This document shows positions 41,400 through 50,496 of a stretch of 64,000 nucleotides of DNA, piece after piece. Origin of the DNA: an uncultured Roseiflexaceae bacterium (lineage in GTDB: Bacteria > Chloroflexota > Chloroflexia > Chloroflexales > Roseiflexaceae); contig CALJIC010000280.1 in NCBI GenBank assembly GCA_937974195.1, positions 70,112 to 134,111 of the forward strand, written 5' to 3'. The notes under the pieces were generated by a model. That model made no database searches. It was not told the DNA's origin and saw nothing but the letters and a program-made list of their open reading frames with translations. Within the stretch, counting starts at the first letter, position 1; every line of letters begins with the position of its first letter. The position numbers were made by a program, and so were the translations under genes.

Positions 41400-41438
41400 C
41401 GTCAGGGAGCGCTCTGCCAGCTCGCGCGCTCCCTGACG
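41400..41438. terminator. Perfect 13-bp inverted repeat hairpin between the peptidase gene and scpB (possible terminator, no U-tract)
   Basis: cgtcagggagcgc, a 13-nt loop, then gcgctccctgacg. Seen directly in sequence. Confidence 0.3.
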
Positions 41439-41490
41439 CAGTCAGGCTGAAGCAGCGCAGCGTTCATCGTCACCCGGTTAGCTTCATCAT

Positions 41491-42084
41491 ATGGATCAAC
41501 CACCACTCCTCGATATCCCACCCGTCCCGACCCCAACCACGGTCCAGCTGGTCGAGAGCCTGCTCTTCATCGCCGGCGAGCCGGTGGCTATCGCGGACCT
41601 GGCGCGGGCGCTGGAGATCCCGGCCGACGCCGTGGAGGCCGCGCTCGAGGACCTGGCGCGCGCCTGCGAGGGGCGCGGGGTGCGGGTGCAGCGCCACGGC
41701 GGCCGGGCCCAGCTCGTCTCGGCGCCCGAGGCCGCCGCGGCGGTGGAGCGCTTCCTGGGCGTGCAGGGCCAGCCCCGCATCTCGGCGGCGGCGCTCGAGG
41801 TGCTGGCGATCATCGCCTACCGGCAGCCGGTCACCCGCGCGCAGGTCGAGGCCATCCGCGGCGTGGACAGCGGCGGGGTCATCCGCGCGCTGCTGGCCCG
41901 CGAGCTGATCGCCGAGGTCGGGCGGCTCGAGACGGTGGGCCGGCCGATCCTGTACGGGACCACCCCCGAGTTCCTGCGCCAGTTCGGCCTCAGCAGCCTG
42001 GCTGAGCTGCCGCCGCTCGAGCTCTTCGGCCCGCAGGGCGGCGAGGCGGCAAACGACCGTGAGTCGTCGGGAGAGGCCGCCTGA
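41491..42084 (+). CDS. scpB: Segregation and condensation protein B
   Basis: 197 aa. ScpB signature reads SLLFIAGEPV...QLVSAPE...LEVLAIIAYRQPVTRAQVEAIRGV...RPILYGTT.EFL. Confidence 0.8.
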   Translation: MDQPPLLDIPPVPTPTTVQLVESLLFIAGEPVAIADLARALEIPADAVEAALEDLARACEGRGVRVQRHGGRAQLVSAPEAAAAVERFLGVQGQPRISAAALEVLAIIAYRQPVTRAQVEAIRGVDSGGVIRALLARELIAEVGRLETVGRPILYGTTPEFLRQFGLSSLAELPPLELFGPQGGEAANDRESSGEAA

Positions 42085-42113
42085 CCGCCCAGTTTTTCCA
42101 CACTTCACCCAAG

Positions 42114-42135
42114 TTATCCACAAGATTGTGGATAG
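42114..42135. promoter_or_regulatory. Convergent pair of DnaA boxes (TTATCCACA + agat + TGTGGATAG)
   Basis: Perfect consensus box and a near-consensus inverted box separated by 4 nt. Confidence 0.6.
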
Positions 42136-42214
42136 CGCTTGACAGCTTGGGCCGTGTTGCCACACATCACTGCGATGCGGGATGTCACCCAGCGCCACCG
42201 TGGGCATGGCGAAG

Positions 42215-42223
42215 TTATCCACA
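42215..42223 (+). promoter_or_regulatory. DnaA box (TTATCCACA)
   Basis: Perfect 9-mer consensus. Confidence 0.6.
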
Positions 42224-42498
42224 TGGCGGCGTCTGACAAGTCGACATATGCTTGTGTCACATGCCCAGAATCCGCAAGAGAGACGGGTATACGACCGCCG
42301 GACTATATAAGGAAGCGTTATAGATATCGCCCCCCCGTCGGCTTGAAAAGCGGGGAGGCATGCGGTATCATCCCCACCACACGCAAGTACGCGTCCCCAT
42401 TCTCTCTGGTTCCGAGGTAGCTGCCAGAGTGTCGGACGCTCCACGCCACAGACCGCGCGGAGCGGGGTATACGAGTCTGCCCGAAATGGAGGCCCTGT

Positions 42499-44031
42499 GT
42501 GAATCTGACCAAGATTTGGAACGCAACACTGGGCACGCTGCAAGTCCAGACCTCGCGCCAGGAGTTTAATACCTGGCTGCGGCGAGCATCGCTGATCTCC
42601 GTCGAGAACGGCGTAGCCACGATCGGCACGCCGAGCGCCTTCTACAAGGAGGGGCTTGAGAGTCGGTACAGCGGGGCGCTGCGCGAGCTGTTGAGCAGCC
42701 TGGTGGGCTTCCCGGTCACGATCCGGGTGGTCATCGCAGGGTCACAGCCGCGCGCGGATGCGGGGTTCTTCGGTCGGGAGCACGGGGCAGAGCTGCACAG
42801 CATGGCTGGAGTCGAGCGGTCTGCCGGCTACGACCTCGGTGGCCAGGGCGGGGCGCCGGCGGCACTTCAGCCCGGCTACGCGAACGGGCACGCCAACGGC
42901 CATGAGCCGCGCGCCGCACACACCCCGCAGGCGAGCCACACCGGCGTGTACGACCGGCTGCCGATGCAGCAGCTGGAGTTCACCAGCGCAGTGCGCAGCG
43001 GGATGCTCAACGCCCGCTACACCTTCGACCGCTTCATCGTCGGGCCGAGCAACCGCCTGGCGAACGCCGCCTGCATGGCGGTGGCCGAGCACCCCGCGGC
43101 GGCCTACAACCCGCTGTTCCTGTACGGCGGCGTGGGCCTGGGCAAGACTCACCTGCTGCACGCGATCGGCAACTACGCGCTCGACCGCGACCCCGAGATC
43201 AACGTCCTCTACGTCTCCTCGGAGAAGTTCACCAACGATCTGATCAACGCCATCAGGCGCCAGCAGACCGAGGAGTTCCGGGTCCGCTACCGCAACATCG
43301 ACATCCTGCTGATCGACGATATCCAGTTCATCGCCGGCAAGGAGAGCACGCAGGAGGAGTTCTTCCACACCTTCAACACCCTGCACTCCTCCGGCAAGCA
43401 GATCGTGATCTCGTCCGATAAGCCGCCGAAGGCCATCCTGACGCTCGAGGAGCGGCTGCGCTCGCGCTTCGAGTGGGGGCTGATCGTGGACGTGCAGATG
43501 CCGGACCTGGAGACGCGCACGGCCATCCTGCGCGCCAAGGCCGAGCAGATGCTGACCGACATCCCGGCCGAGGTGATCGACTTCCTCGCCCACCGCATCC
43601 AGAGCAACATCCGCGAGCTCGAGGGCTGCCTCAACCGCGTCGTGGCCTACGCCCAGATGACCGGCGCGCCGGTGAGCGTCGAGGTGGCCACCGCCGCGCT
43701 CTCCGAGCTGCTCGACACCAGCCGCCGGCGGCGGATCTCCCCCGAGACCATCCTGCGCGAGGTGGCCGACTTCTACGGCGTGGACCTGCGCGCCATGCAG
43801 GGCCGCGGCCGCAGCCGCAACATCGTCATCCCGCGCCAGGTGGCTATGTATCTGCTCCGCGAGGAGACCGAGTCGAGCCTGGTGGACATCGGCCGGATGC
43901 TCGGGGACCGCGACCACACCACGGTGATGTACGGCTGCGAGAAGATCGCCGAGGAGCTCAACACCGACTCGCGGCTGCGCCAGGAGGTCAACACCATCCG
44001 CGAAAAGCTGCTGCAGGGGAATACCGGCTAG
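42499..44031 (+). CDS. dnaA: Chromosomal replication initiator protein DnaA
   Basis: GTG start with a GGAGG RBS. AAA+ Walker A reads [20 protein letters not shown]. Walker B reads ILLIDDIQF. Sensor and box VII are present. The C-terminal DNA-binding domain reads VAMYLLRE...[16 protein letters not shown]. Confidence 0.9.
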   Translation: MNLTKIWNATLGTLQVQTSRQEFNTWLRRASLISVENGVATIGTPSAFYKEGLESRYSGALRELLSSLVGFPVTIRVVIAGSQPRADAGFFGREHGAELHSMAGVERSAGYDLGGQGGAPAALQPGYANGHANGHEPRAAHTPQASHTGVYDRLPMQQLEFTSAVRSGMLNARYTFDRFIVGPSNRLANAACMAVAEHPAAAYNPLFLYGGVGLGKTHLLHAIGNYALDRDPEINVLYVSSEKFTNDLINAIRRQQTEEFRVRYRNIDILLIDDIQFIAGKESTQEEFFHTFNTLHSSGKQIVISSDKPPKAILTLEERLRSRFEWGLIVDVQMPDLETRTAILRAKAEQMLTDIPAEVIDFLAHRIQSNIRELEGCLNRVVAYAQMTGAPVSVEVATAALSELLDTSRRRRISPETILREVADFYGVDLRAMQGRGRSRNIVIPRQVAMYLLREETESSLVDIGRMLGDRDHTTVMYGCEKIAEELNTDSRLRQEVNTIREKLLQGNTG

Positions 44032-44209
44032 TGCGATGTGCGGAGCGCTGAGACGCCCTCAGCATTCCGCGCTCAGCACTGATCTGGCTGCCCCGTCCGC
44101 AGCCGCTCTTGTGCGGGTCTGGTACGGCGCACGCCCCTCCTCGGGCGCCGCCGCACCGACCCGCACCACGTGTTGTGTGAGCAATACTTTCCGTGTTGTG
44201 TTAGCGTTA

Positions 44210-44238
44210 CTTGACAACAGCGGTGCCACCGCTTATTC
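44210..44238 (+). promoter_or_regulatory. Candidate sigma70-type promoter (TTGACA, 17-nt spacer, TATTCT)
   Basis: cTTGACAacagcggtgccaccgctTATTCTg lies about 35 nt upstream of the aldolase-family gene start. Confidence 0.4.
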
Positions 44239-44280
44239 TGTGCCCGCTTGAGTTAAACCTTCGTTAGAGGAATGCATACG

Positions 44281-45453
44281 ATGCATCAGGATACCTGGAC
44301 GCCGCTGATGGGGCCCACGCTCGGCCCCGATGAAGAGTTGAACTTTACAACCGCAGGTGAGACGCGCAGCGCACTCGTGAACTGGTTTGCGCGCGGGCTG
44401 ACCGCCGCCCTCGAGCGCCACGGGCACGAGTTTCAGGAGCCAGCGCCCCCCGACGCGGCGCCAGACCAGCACCCGCCGGTGCGGCTGGTGCTGAACCTGT
44501 GCGACATCGAGCGCCCGCGCCCGATCCACCGCCGCGGCCAGGGCACCTTCGTCGCGACGATCGTCGAGGGCGTGGACGACCAGCGCGATGTGATGAAGGC
44601 CGCCTACCCGCTGATCGTCCGCTCGCTGGCGAACATGGTGATCTACCTCACGCGCGTGGACGGCGTGCTGGAGAGCCACTTCATCACCATCGAGCAGGGC
44701 CACTACACCGTGCGCCTCACCGACTCCGAGGAGGCGTTCTTCGACCAGATCTACGGCCGCATCCAGCCGCTGGCCTGCAGCCACCTGGTGATCAACAACG
44801 ACTTCGTCCCGGACCTGCCCGATAACCTGTGGCAGGGCGACGAGACGACGCGCCAGATCGGCTGGGCCGGCAAGAAGCTCGACGCGATGGGGCTGCTGCC
44901 GGCGGCCATCCCCATCCACGAGTACCTCTCCGAGCGCGAGCTGCGCCACGTCAAGCGGCTGTACGGCATCGGCGGGCTGAGCTACGGCAACCTGAGCGCC
45001 CGCGCCCTGCACAACCCCGCCCACTTCTGGATGTCCGCCTCGGGCGTCGACAAGAGCAAGCTCGAGACGGTCGGGCGCGATATCCTGCTCGTCACCGACT
45101 ACATCCCCGAGAAGCTCATGATCCGCCTGAGCGTCCCGGCCAACGTCGAGCCGCGGCGGGTCTCGGTGGACGCCATCGAGCACTACATGATCTACCGCGA
45201 GCACCCGTCGGTCGGGGCGATCGTGCACATCCACGCCTGGTGGCGCGACCCGATCCCGTCCACCGAGGTGAACTACCCGTGCGGCACCTACGAGCTGGCC
45301 CGCGAGGTCGCCGAGCTGGTGCGCCAGGAGCCGGACCCCTCGCGCGCCGTCGTCGGCCTGAAGAACCACGGCCTGACGATCACCGGCCACTCGCTCCCCG
45401 AGATCTTCGAGCGCATCGAGGGCAAGATCGTGCCGCAGGTGCCCATGTCGTAG
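44281..45453 (+). CDS. Class II aldolase/adducin-family protein with an N-terminal extension
   Basis: C-terminal half contains GNLSAR (phosphate-binding-like) and AIVHIHAWW (His metal ligands). Start placed at the second ATG, which has better AGGA spacing. The track start is 44272. Confidence 0.55.
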   Translation: MHQDTWTPLMGPTLGPDEELNFTTAGETRSALVNWFARGLTAALERHGHEFQEPAPPDAAPDQHPPVRLVLNLCDIERPRPIHRRGQGTFVATIVEGVDDQRDVMKAAYPLIVRSLANMVIYLTRVDGVLESHFITIEQGHYTVRLTDSEEAFFDQIYGRIQPLACSHLVINNDFVPDLPDNLWQGDETTRQIGWAGKKLDAMGLLPAAIPIHEYLSERELRHVKRLYGIGGLSYGNLSARALHNPAHFWMSASGVDKSKLETVGRDILLVTDYIPEKLMIRLSVPANVEPRRVSVDAIEHYMIYREHPSVGAIVHIHAWWRDPIPSTEVNYPCGTYELAREVAELVRQEPDPSRAVVGLKNHGLTITGHSLPEIFERIEGKIVPQVPMS

Positions 45454-45574
45454 TCGGCAGACAAGTCGTCAGTGGCCGGTAGACAGTAGTCAGCGATCAG
45501 TGCCATAGTGCGCTCGATGACGCGCAGCGGGTGCTGAGCCCTGGCTACTGCTCGTTTATGCACTGGAGGCAGCG

Positions 45575-46294
45575 ATGGGCGTGCTGGACGGCAAAGTGGC
45601 AATTGTCACCGGCGCTACCGGCGGCCTCGGCCCGGCGGTGATCGCGGCGCTGCTCGGCGCGGGGGCGGCGGTGTTCGCGCCCCACCGCCGGGAAGGCGAT
45701 CTCGACCGCCTGCGAGCCGAGCTGGCCCTGCCCGCCGACGCGCGGCTCTCGGGGGCGGTGCTGGACCTGACCGACGAGCAGGCCGTCGAGCGCGCCTACG
45801 GGCAGGCGGCGAGCGACCTGGGCGGGATCGACATTCTGGTGAACATCGCCGGGGGGTTCGGCGGCGGCAAGCCGGTGGCCGAGACCGGCTGGGACACCTG
45901 GCAGCACATGCTCGATCTCAACCTGAAGACAGCGGTGCTCTCGTGCAGGGCGGCCGTGCCCCACCTGCAGGCGCGCGGCGGCGGCGCGATCGTCAACTTC
46001 GGCACGCGCACCGCGACGCAGCCGGGCAAGAACCTGGCCGCCTACGCCGCTTCCAAGCGCGCGGTGATCCAGCTGACCGAGGCGCTGGCCGCCGAGCTGC
46101 GCGACTCCAACATCACCGCCAACGTGGTGCTGCCGAGCACGATCGATACGCCAGATAACCGCAAGAGCAGCCCGAAGGCCGACTTCAGCCGCTGGGTGAA
46201 GCCCGAGGAGATCGCCAAGGTCGTCCTGTTCCTCGTCGGGCCCGATGCGCGGATCATCTCCGGCGCGACGATCCCGGTGTACGGCCGGGCGTAG
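45575..46294 (+). CDS. Short-chain dehydrogenase/reductase (SDR) family oxidoreductase
   Basis: GGAGG RBS. Cofactor motif VAIVTGATGGLG. NIAGG. Catalytic YAASKRAV (YxxxK). Confidence 0.8.
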   Translation: MGVLDGKVAIVTGATGGLGPAVIAALLGAGAAVFAPHRREGDLDRLRAELALPADARLSGAVLDLTDEQAVERAYGQAASDLGGIDILVNIAGGFGGGKPVAETGWDTWQHMLDLNLKTAVLSCRAAVPHLQARGGGAIVNFGTRTATQPGKNLAAYAASKRAVIQLTEALAAELRDSNITANVVLPSTIDTPDNRKSSPKADFSRWVKPEEIAKVVLFLVGPDARIISGATIPVYGRA

Positions 46295-46319
46295 CGGCGC
46301 GCCGGCCGGGCGCCGCTAC
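46291..46319. terminator. GC-rich 10-bp-stem hairpin embedding the stop codons of two convergent genes
   Basis: gTAGcggcgc, a gccggccgg loop, then gcgccgCTAc. The TAG of the SDR gene and the CTA (TAG on minus) of the membrane protein gene sit inside the two arms. Confidence 0.3.
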
Positions 46320-47188
46320 CTCAGCCGCGTCACGGCCGTGATGATCACCAGGACCACGAACATCAGCAGGAACAGGTTCAGGCTCACCAGCAGCCAGGGG
46401 AGCGCGCCGAGGGCGAAGCCGACGCCGACCGCCACCTGTATCGGCCGGCCGCGCTTGGTCTTCGTCAGCCGGTCCGCGATGCGGATCACCAGCTCGGCGA
46501 CCGCCGGGGCCAGGAAGATGATGATCAGGAAGACGAAGAACCCGCGCGCGAAGAGCAGGAACGGGAGGCAGATCAGCGCTGCCGCCACCAGCGCGACGAC
46601 CCCCGCGACGATCGCGTTGGCCGTCGAGACCTGGTAGTTGGCCGGGCGGCGCGCCCTGCGGCACTCCGGGCAGAGCTGGCCCACCGGCGTGATCTGGGCG
46701 CAGGCGCCGCAGATCGGCCGCTCGCACTGCACGCAGCGCAGCCCGGTCTCGCGGTCCGGGTGGCGGTAGCAGTAGAGCGTCTGAGTCGCCGGCGCTGCCT
46801 CGGGCGGCTCCGGCGCCGAGAGCAGCGGCGAGGCATCTCCGCTCGCGATGCGCTCCTCGCGGCGGCGCGAGGGCGCGATCTGCAGCCCCTCGGCCTGGAG
46901 CTTCTCCACATACGCGAGGCTGGCGCGCGCCTCGGCGTGGTTCGGATCGAGGGTCAGCACGCGCTGCAGGTGCTCGCGCTTCTCGGACAGGATCGGCACC
47001 ACGCTGCTGAGCCCGAGCCACGCCTCCACACTCTCCGGGTCGAGCTCGGTGGCGCGGCGGAAGCTGTTGCGAGCTGCGAACGTGTCGCCGGCTAGGGCGG
47101 CGGCGCGGCCCTCCTGAATCAGCTGCTGCACCTCGGCGGCCGTCGACTCAGCCATCATCCCCTCAAAATCACTCTTCATCTCTAACAT
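46316..47188 (-). CDS. TPR-repeat / zinc-ribbon membrane protein (hypothetical)
   Basis: N-terminal TPR-like helices. Cys4 zinc ribbon reads CYRHPDRETGLRCVQCERPICGACAQ...CPECRR. Three C-terminal TM helices. Confidence 0.5.
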   Translation of the reverse strand: MLEMKSDFEGMMAESTAAEVQQLIQEGRAAALAGDTFAARNSFRRATELDPESVEAWLGLSSVVPILSEKREHLQRVLTLDPNHAEARASLAYVEKLQAEGLQIAPSRRREERIASGDASPLLSAPEPPEAAPATQTLYCYRHPDRETGLRCVQCERPICGACAQITPVGQLCPECRRARRPANYQVSTANAIVAGVVALVAAALICLPFLLFARGFFVFLIIIFLAPAVAELVIRIADRLTKTKRGRPIQVAVGVGFALGALPWLLVSLNLFLLMFVVLVIITAVTRLR

Positions 47189-47261
47189 ACTCCATTATAA
47201 CGCCACGCCGGGCGTATCAGTGAGGAGACCTCGCACGCAGCCGTGGCGGCCGCCTGTCTTC

Positions 47262-47461
47262 CGAGGAAGTGTGGAGAGCCGCGGGCCTCCTACCACGGGC
47301 CTTTTGCCGGGAGGTGTGGAGGGCCGCAGGCCTTCCACGGACGTTTCGCGAACGTTCGCGCCACGTCGCCCCAGCCGGCCGGGAGGTGTGGAGGGCCGCA
47401 GGCCCTCCACGGACGATTATTTCCGTTGCTCTGGGGCGACTTCGTCGCCGCAGAGCAACGG
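47262..47461. repeat. Cluster of palindromic (hairpin-forming) direct repeats, REP-like, in a divergent intergenic region
   Basis: Three copies of about 34 nt: (g/a)aGTGTGGAG(a/g)GCCGC(g/a)GGCC(t/c)(c/t)C(t/c)(a/-)CCACGG(g/a)C at about 47267, 47309 and 47381. Copy 3 is a perfect 9-bp stem (gtggagggc-cgcag-gccctccac). Further palindromes are cgcgaacgttcgcg and an 11-bp stem ccgttgctctg...cagagcaacgg at 47423-47461. Confidence 0.55.
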
Positions 47462-47547
47462 CAGACTCTAAAAAAGACGAAGCCTCTCCCACCCCCCGAA
47501 GGGGTGCGGGGGCGAAGCCACCGATGTTGCCCGTAAGCGCCGCATGA

Positions 47548-47553
47548 TATAAT
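47548..47553 (+). promoter_or_regulatory. Candidate -10 element (TATAAT) for the LmbE-family gene
   Basis: catgaTATAATacgcg just upstream of the ORF. Confidence 0.3.
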
Positions 47554-47603
47554 ACGCGCTGCCCCACCGGAGGATGCGCCCGCCAGATGAGAGAACGCCC
47601 GGC

Positions 47604-48509
47604 ATGACAGACGCGCCGCTGACACTGATGATGGTCCACGCCCACCCCGATGACGAGGTGGTCGGCACCGGGGGCACCCTGGCGCGCTACGCCGAGCACG
47701 GCGCCCGTACGGTGCTCGTCACCGCGACGCTCGGCGAGGAGGGCCAGATCGTCGACCCCGCGCTGAACACGCCGGAGGTCAGGGAGCGCCTGGGCGAGGT
47801 GCGCCGCGCGGAGCTGGCCCGCTCGGCCGAGATCCTGAAGATCAGCCGGGTGGAGCTGCTCGGCTACCGCGACTCCGGCATGGCCGGGCTGGAGTCCAAC
47901 AGCCACCCCGCGTGCTTCAACATGGCCGACCCGGACGAGGCGACGGGACGCCTGGTGCGGCTCATCCGCGCCCACCGGCCGCACGTGCTGGTGACCTACA
48001 ACGAGCGGGGCGGCTACGGCCACCCGGACCACATCGCCTGCCACCGGACGACGCTGGCCGCCTGGGATGCCGTCGGCGACCCGGCGCGCTACCCCGAGGC
48101 CGGCGCGCCCTGGACGCCGCTGAAGCTCTACGCGGTCGCCTCGCCCCGCAGCCGCTGGCAGCGGCTGTTCGAGGCGCTGCGCGAGCGCGGGGTGCCGGGC
48201 CCGCACGAGAGCCCGGACTTCGACATCGAGCTCTTCACCGTGCCAGACGAAGAGGTGACGACCGCCATTCAGGTGGCGGGTTACCAGGATCGCCTGCGCG
48301 AGGCGATGCTTGCCCACCGCACCCAGTTCGGCGCCGATGGGCCGTTCGCGGGGCTCCCGGAGGAGCTCATGCGCGAGTTCGGCGGCTATGAGTTCTTCAC
48401 CCTGCTCGCATCGCGTGTGCCGCTGCCGCAATCCCCGCACCGCACGACGAGCGCGGGCCTGGGATACGAGGACGACCTCTTCGCCGGAGTGCGGGAGAGC
48501 GGCGCGTAG
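47604..48509 (+). CDS. PIG-L/LmbE-family N-acetylglucosaminyl deacetylase (MshB/BshB-like)
   Basis: Signature LMMVHAHPDDEVVGTGGTL near the N-terminus, with later HPDH and zinc ligands. Start chosen at MTDAPL. The track start at 47574 has a GGAGG abutting the ATG. Confidence 0.65.
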   Translation: MTDAPLTLMMVHAHPDDEVVGTGGTLARYAEHGARTVLVTATLGEEGQIVDPALNTPEVRERLGEVRRAELARSAEILKISRVELLGYRDSGMAGLESNSHPACFNMADPDEATGRLVRLIRAHRPHVLVTYNERGGYGHPDHIACHRTTLAAWDAVGDPARYPEAGAPWTPLKLYAVASPRSRWQRLFEALRERGVPGPHESPDFDIELFTVPDEEVTTAIQVAGYQDRLREAMLAHRTQFGADGPFAGLPEELMREFGGYEFFTLLASRVPLPQSPHRTTSAGLGYEDDLFAGVRESGA

Positions 48510-48622
48510 CCAGCATCCTCGCCGACTCGCCAGGAGGGCCGGGGCGGGTTCCGCGCTCGCTGCTAACCCTCCGGCAGCGAGCGCCGACGTAGCCGCCCGA
48601 TGAACAACAGAGGAGGGACGTC

Positions 48623-49027
48623 ATGGCCGACACACCGACCTGCCAGGTGGTCAGGAGTGAGACGACCTACGCGGGGAAGCAGGGCCTCACCTACTTCTCC
48701 GGGGTCTCCGCCGAGAGCGTCGGGGCGCGTGGGATCTGCATGCACATGCTGCGCATGCCGCCCGGGGCGCGCGCCAACCCCCACTACCACGAGAGCCACG
48801 AGACGGCGATCTACGTTCTGAGCGGCGAGGCCGGGATGTGGTACGGCCCGAACCTCGAGAACCACCTCGTCGTCCGCGCCGGGGAGTTCCTGTACATCCC
48901 GGCCGGCGTGCCGCACCAGCCCTACAACGACGGCGACGAGGAGTGCGTGGCCGTCCTGGCGCGCACCGACCCGAACGAGCAGGAGAGCGTGGTGCTCTGT
49001 CCGGAGCTTGACCGCCTGCGCTGCTAA
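48623..49027 (+). CDS. Cupin-domain protein
   Basis: 134 aa with a GAGGAGGG RBS. Cupin motif reads PHYHESHETAIYVLSGEAGMWYG...FLYIPAGVPHQ. Confidence 0.7.
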   Translation: MADTPTCQVVRSETTYAGKQGLTYFSGVSAESVGARGICMHMLRMPPGARANPHYHESHETAIYVLSGEAGMWYGPNLENHLVVRAGEFLYIPAGVPHQPYNDGDEECVAVLARTDPNEQESVVLCPELDRLRC

Positions 49028-49038
49028 CGGAAGCGAGG

Positions 49039-50475
49039 TTGCTTATGAGCAGCGACGTAGCGGAGTATCGTTTCTTTCTGGCCGGCGAGTGGCGCGCCGG
49101 CACGCCCTACACGGTGAGCTGCCCCTACGACGGCGCCCCGGTGGCGACGGTCCACCGGGCCGGGCCGCAGGACCTGGAGCAGGCCATCCAGGCCGCCGTC
49201 CGCGCCTTCGAGGAGACCAGGCGCACGCCGCTCCACCGCCGGGCCGCGGCGCTGCGCAAGATCAGCGAGACGATCGCCGCCCGCGCCGAGGACCTGGCCC
49301 GCACGATCGCGCTGGAGGCCGGCAAGCCGATCCGCCAGGCGCGCGCCGAGGTCGCCCGCAGCGTGACGACCTTCGGCGCCGCCGCCGAGGAGGCCGCGCG
49401 CTCGCACGACGAGGCGCTGCGGCTGGACGCGGCGCCGGGCGGCGAGGGGCGCCAGGCGATCGTGCGCCGCTTCCCGATCGGGCCGGTGGCCGCGATCACC
49501 CCCTTCAACTTCCCGGTGAACCTGGTGGCCCACAAGCTGGCGCCGGCGATCGCCGCCGGCTGCCCGGTGGTGCTGAAGCCGGCCTCGCAGACTCCGATCT
49601 CGGCGCTCAAGCTGGCCGAGATCATCGCCGAGTCCGGCTGGCCGCCGCAGGCGCTCAGCGTGCTGCCGCTCAGCAGCGATGATGCCGCCCCGCTGGTGGA
49701 GGACGAGCGCTTCAAGCTGCTGACCTTCACCGGCTCGCCCGCGGTGGGGTGGGACATGAAGCGCCGCGCCGGCCACAAGCGGGTCACGCTGGAGCTCGGC
49801 GGCAACGCCGGCTGCATCGTCCACTCCGACGCCGACCTGCGCGTCGCGGCCGAGCGCTGTGTGACGGGCGGCTTCTCCTACGCCGGCCAGAGCTGCATCA
49901 GCGTCCAGCGCATCTTCGTCCACGCGCCGGCCTACGAGGAGTTCATGGACCTGTTCGTGCCGAAGGTGCGCTCGCTGAAGGTCGGACACCCGCTCGACGA
50001 GGACACCGACCTGGGCTCGCTGATCGGCGCCCGGGACGGCGAGCGGGTGGCCGAGTGGCTGGCCGAGGCGCGCGCCAGCGGCGCCGAGTGCCTCGTCGGC
50101 GGCGATGTGAGGGGCAGCGTGGTGCAGCCGACGGTGGTGGTGAAGGCCGGGCCGCAGCTGCGCGTCAACAGCCAGGAGATCTTCGCGCCGGTCGTGACCG
50201 TGCAGACCTACGAGCGCTTCGAGGAGGCGCTGGCGGCGGTGAACGACAGCGACTACGGGCTGCAGGCCGGGGTGTTCACGCGCGACGTGGGGCGGATCTT
50301 CCAGGCCTACGAGGCGCTCGAGGTCGGCGGCGTGATTGTGGGCGACGTCCCGACCTGGCGGATCGACCCGATGCCCTACGGTGGGGTCAAGCAGTCCGGC
50401 TTCGGCCGCGAGGGGCTGAAGTACGCGATCGAGGAGATGACCGAGCCGAAGCTTCTGGTCATCAACCTCTCGTGA
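49039..50475 (+). CDS. NAD(P)-dependent aldehyde dehydrogenase family protein
   Basis: 478 aa. ALDH motifs: Glu in VTLELGGNAG, catalytic Cys in FSYAGQSCISVQRIFV, EGLKYAIEEMTEPK near the C-terminus. Confidence 0.85.
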   Translation: MLMSSDVAEYRFFLAGEWRAGTPYTVSCPYDGAPVATVHRAGPQDLEQAIQAAVRAFEETRRTPLHRRAAALRKISETIAARAEDLARTIALEAGKPIRQARAEVARSVTTFGAAAEEAARSHDEALRLDAAPGGEGRQAIVRRFPIGPVAAITPFNFPVNLVAHKLAPAIAAGCPVVLKPASQTPISALKLAEIIAESGWPPQALSVLPLSSDDAAPLVEDERFKLLTFTGSPAVGWDMKRRAGHKRVTLELGGNAGCIVHSDADLRVAAERCVTGGFSYAGQSCISVQRIFVHAPAYEEFMDLFVPKVRSLKVGHPLDEDTDLGSLIGARDGERVAEWLAEARASGAECLVGGDVRGSVVQPTVVVKAGPQLRVNSQEIFAPVVTVQTYERFEEALAAVNDSDYGLQAGVFTRDVGRIFQAYEALEVGGVIVGDVPTWRIDPMPYGGVKQSGFGREGLKYAIEEMTEPKLLVINLS

Positions 50476-50496
50476 GCGGCGGCTCGCGCGGCGCCC

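Larger units (their letters stand above)
42085..42498. other. Putative chromosomal replication origin (oriC) upstream of dnaA
   Basis: Intergenic region directly upstream of dnaA. It holds several DnaA boxes: TTATCCACA at 42114-42122 and 42215-42223, an inverted CTATCCACA at 42127-42135, and TTTTCCACA at 42094-42102. An AT-rich patch (ggactatataaggaagcgttatagatatcg) lies at about 42302-42328. Confidence 0.65.

Noticed and set aside
42139-42629. Small ORFs (42139..42420 +, 42318..42629 -) in the dnaA upstream region
   Set aside because: They lie across the DnaA-box cluster and AT-rich element, a region better explained as oriC. The minus ORF runs antisense into dnaA.
44233-45390. 385-aa minus-strand ORF
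   Set aside because: Antisense to the class II aldolase-family gene, which has a promoter and His motifs. No domain content.
47220-47547. Three overlapping small plus-strand ORFs with repeated GGVEGRRPSTD-like peptides; possible CRISPR array
   Set aside because: The ORFs are translations of the palindromic repeat cluster and are not plausible proteins. CRISPR was rejected because there are only three copies, spacer lengths are irregular (about 8 and about 38 nt), the repeats are themselves palindromes, and no cas genes are nearby.
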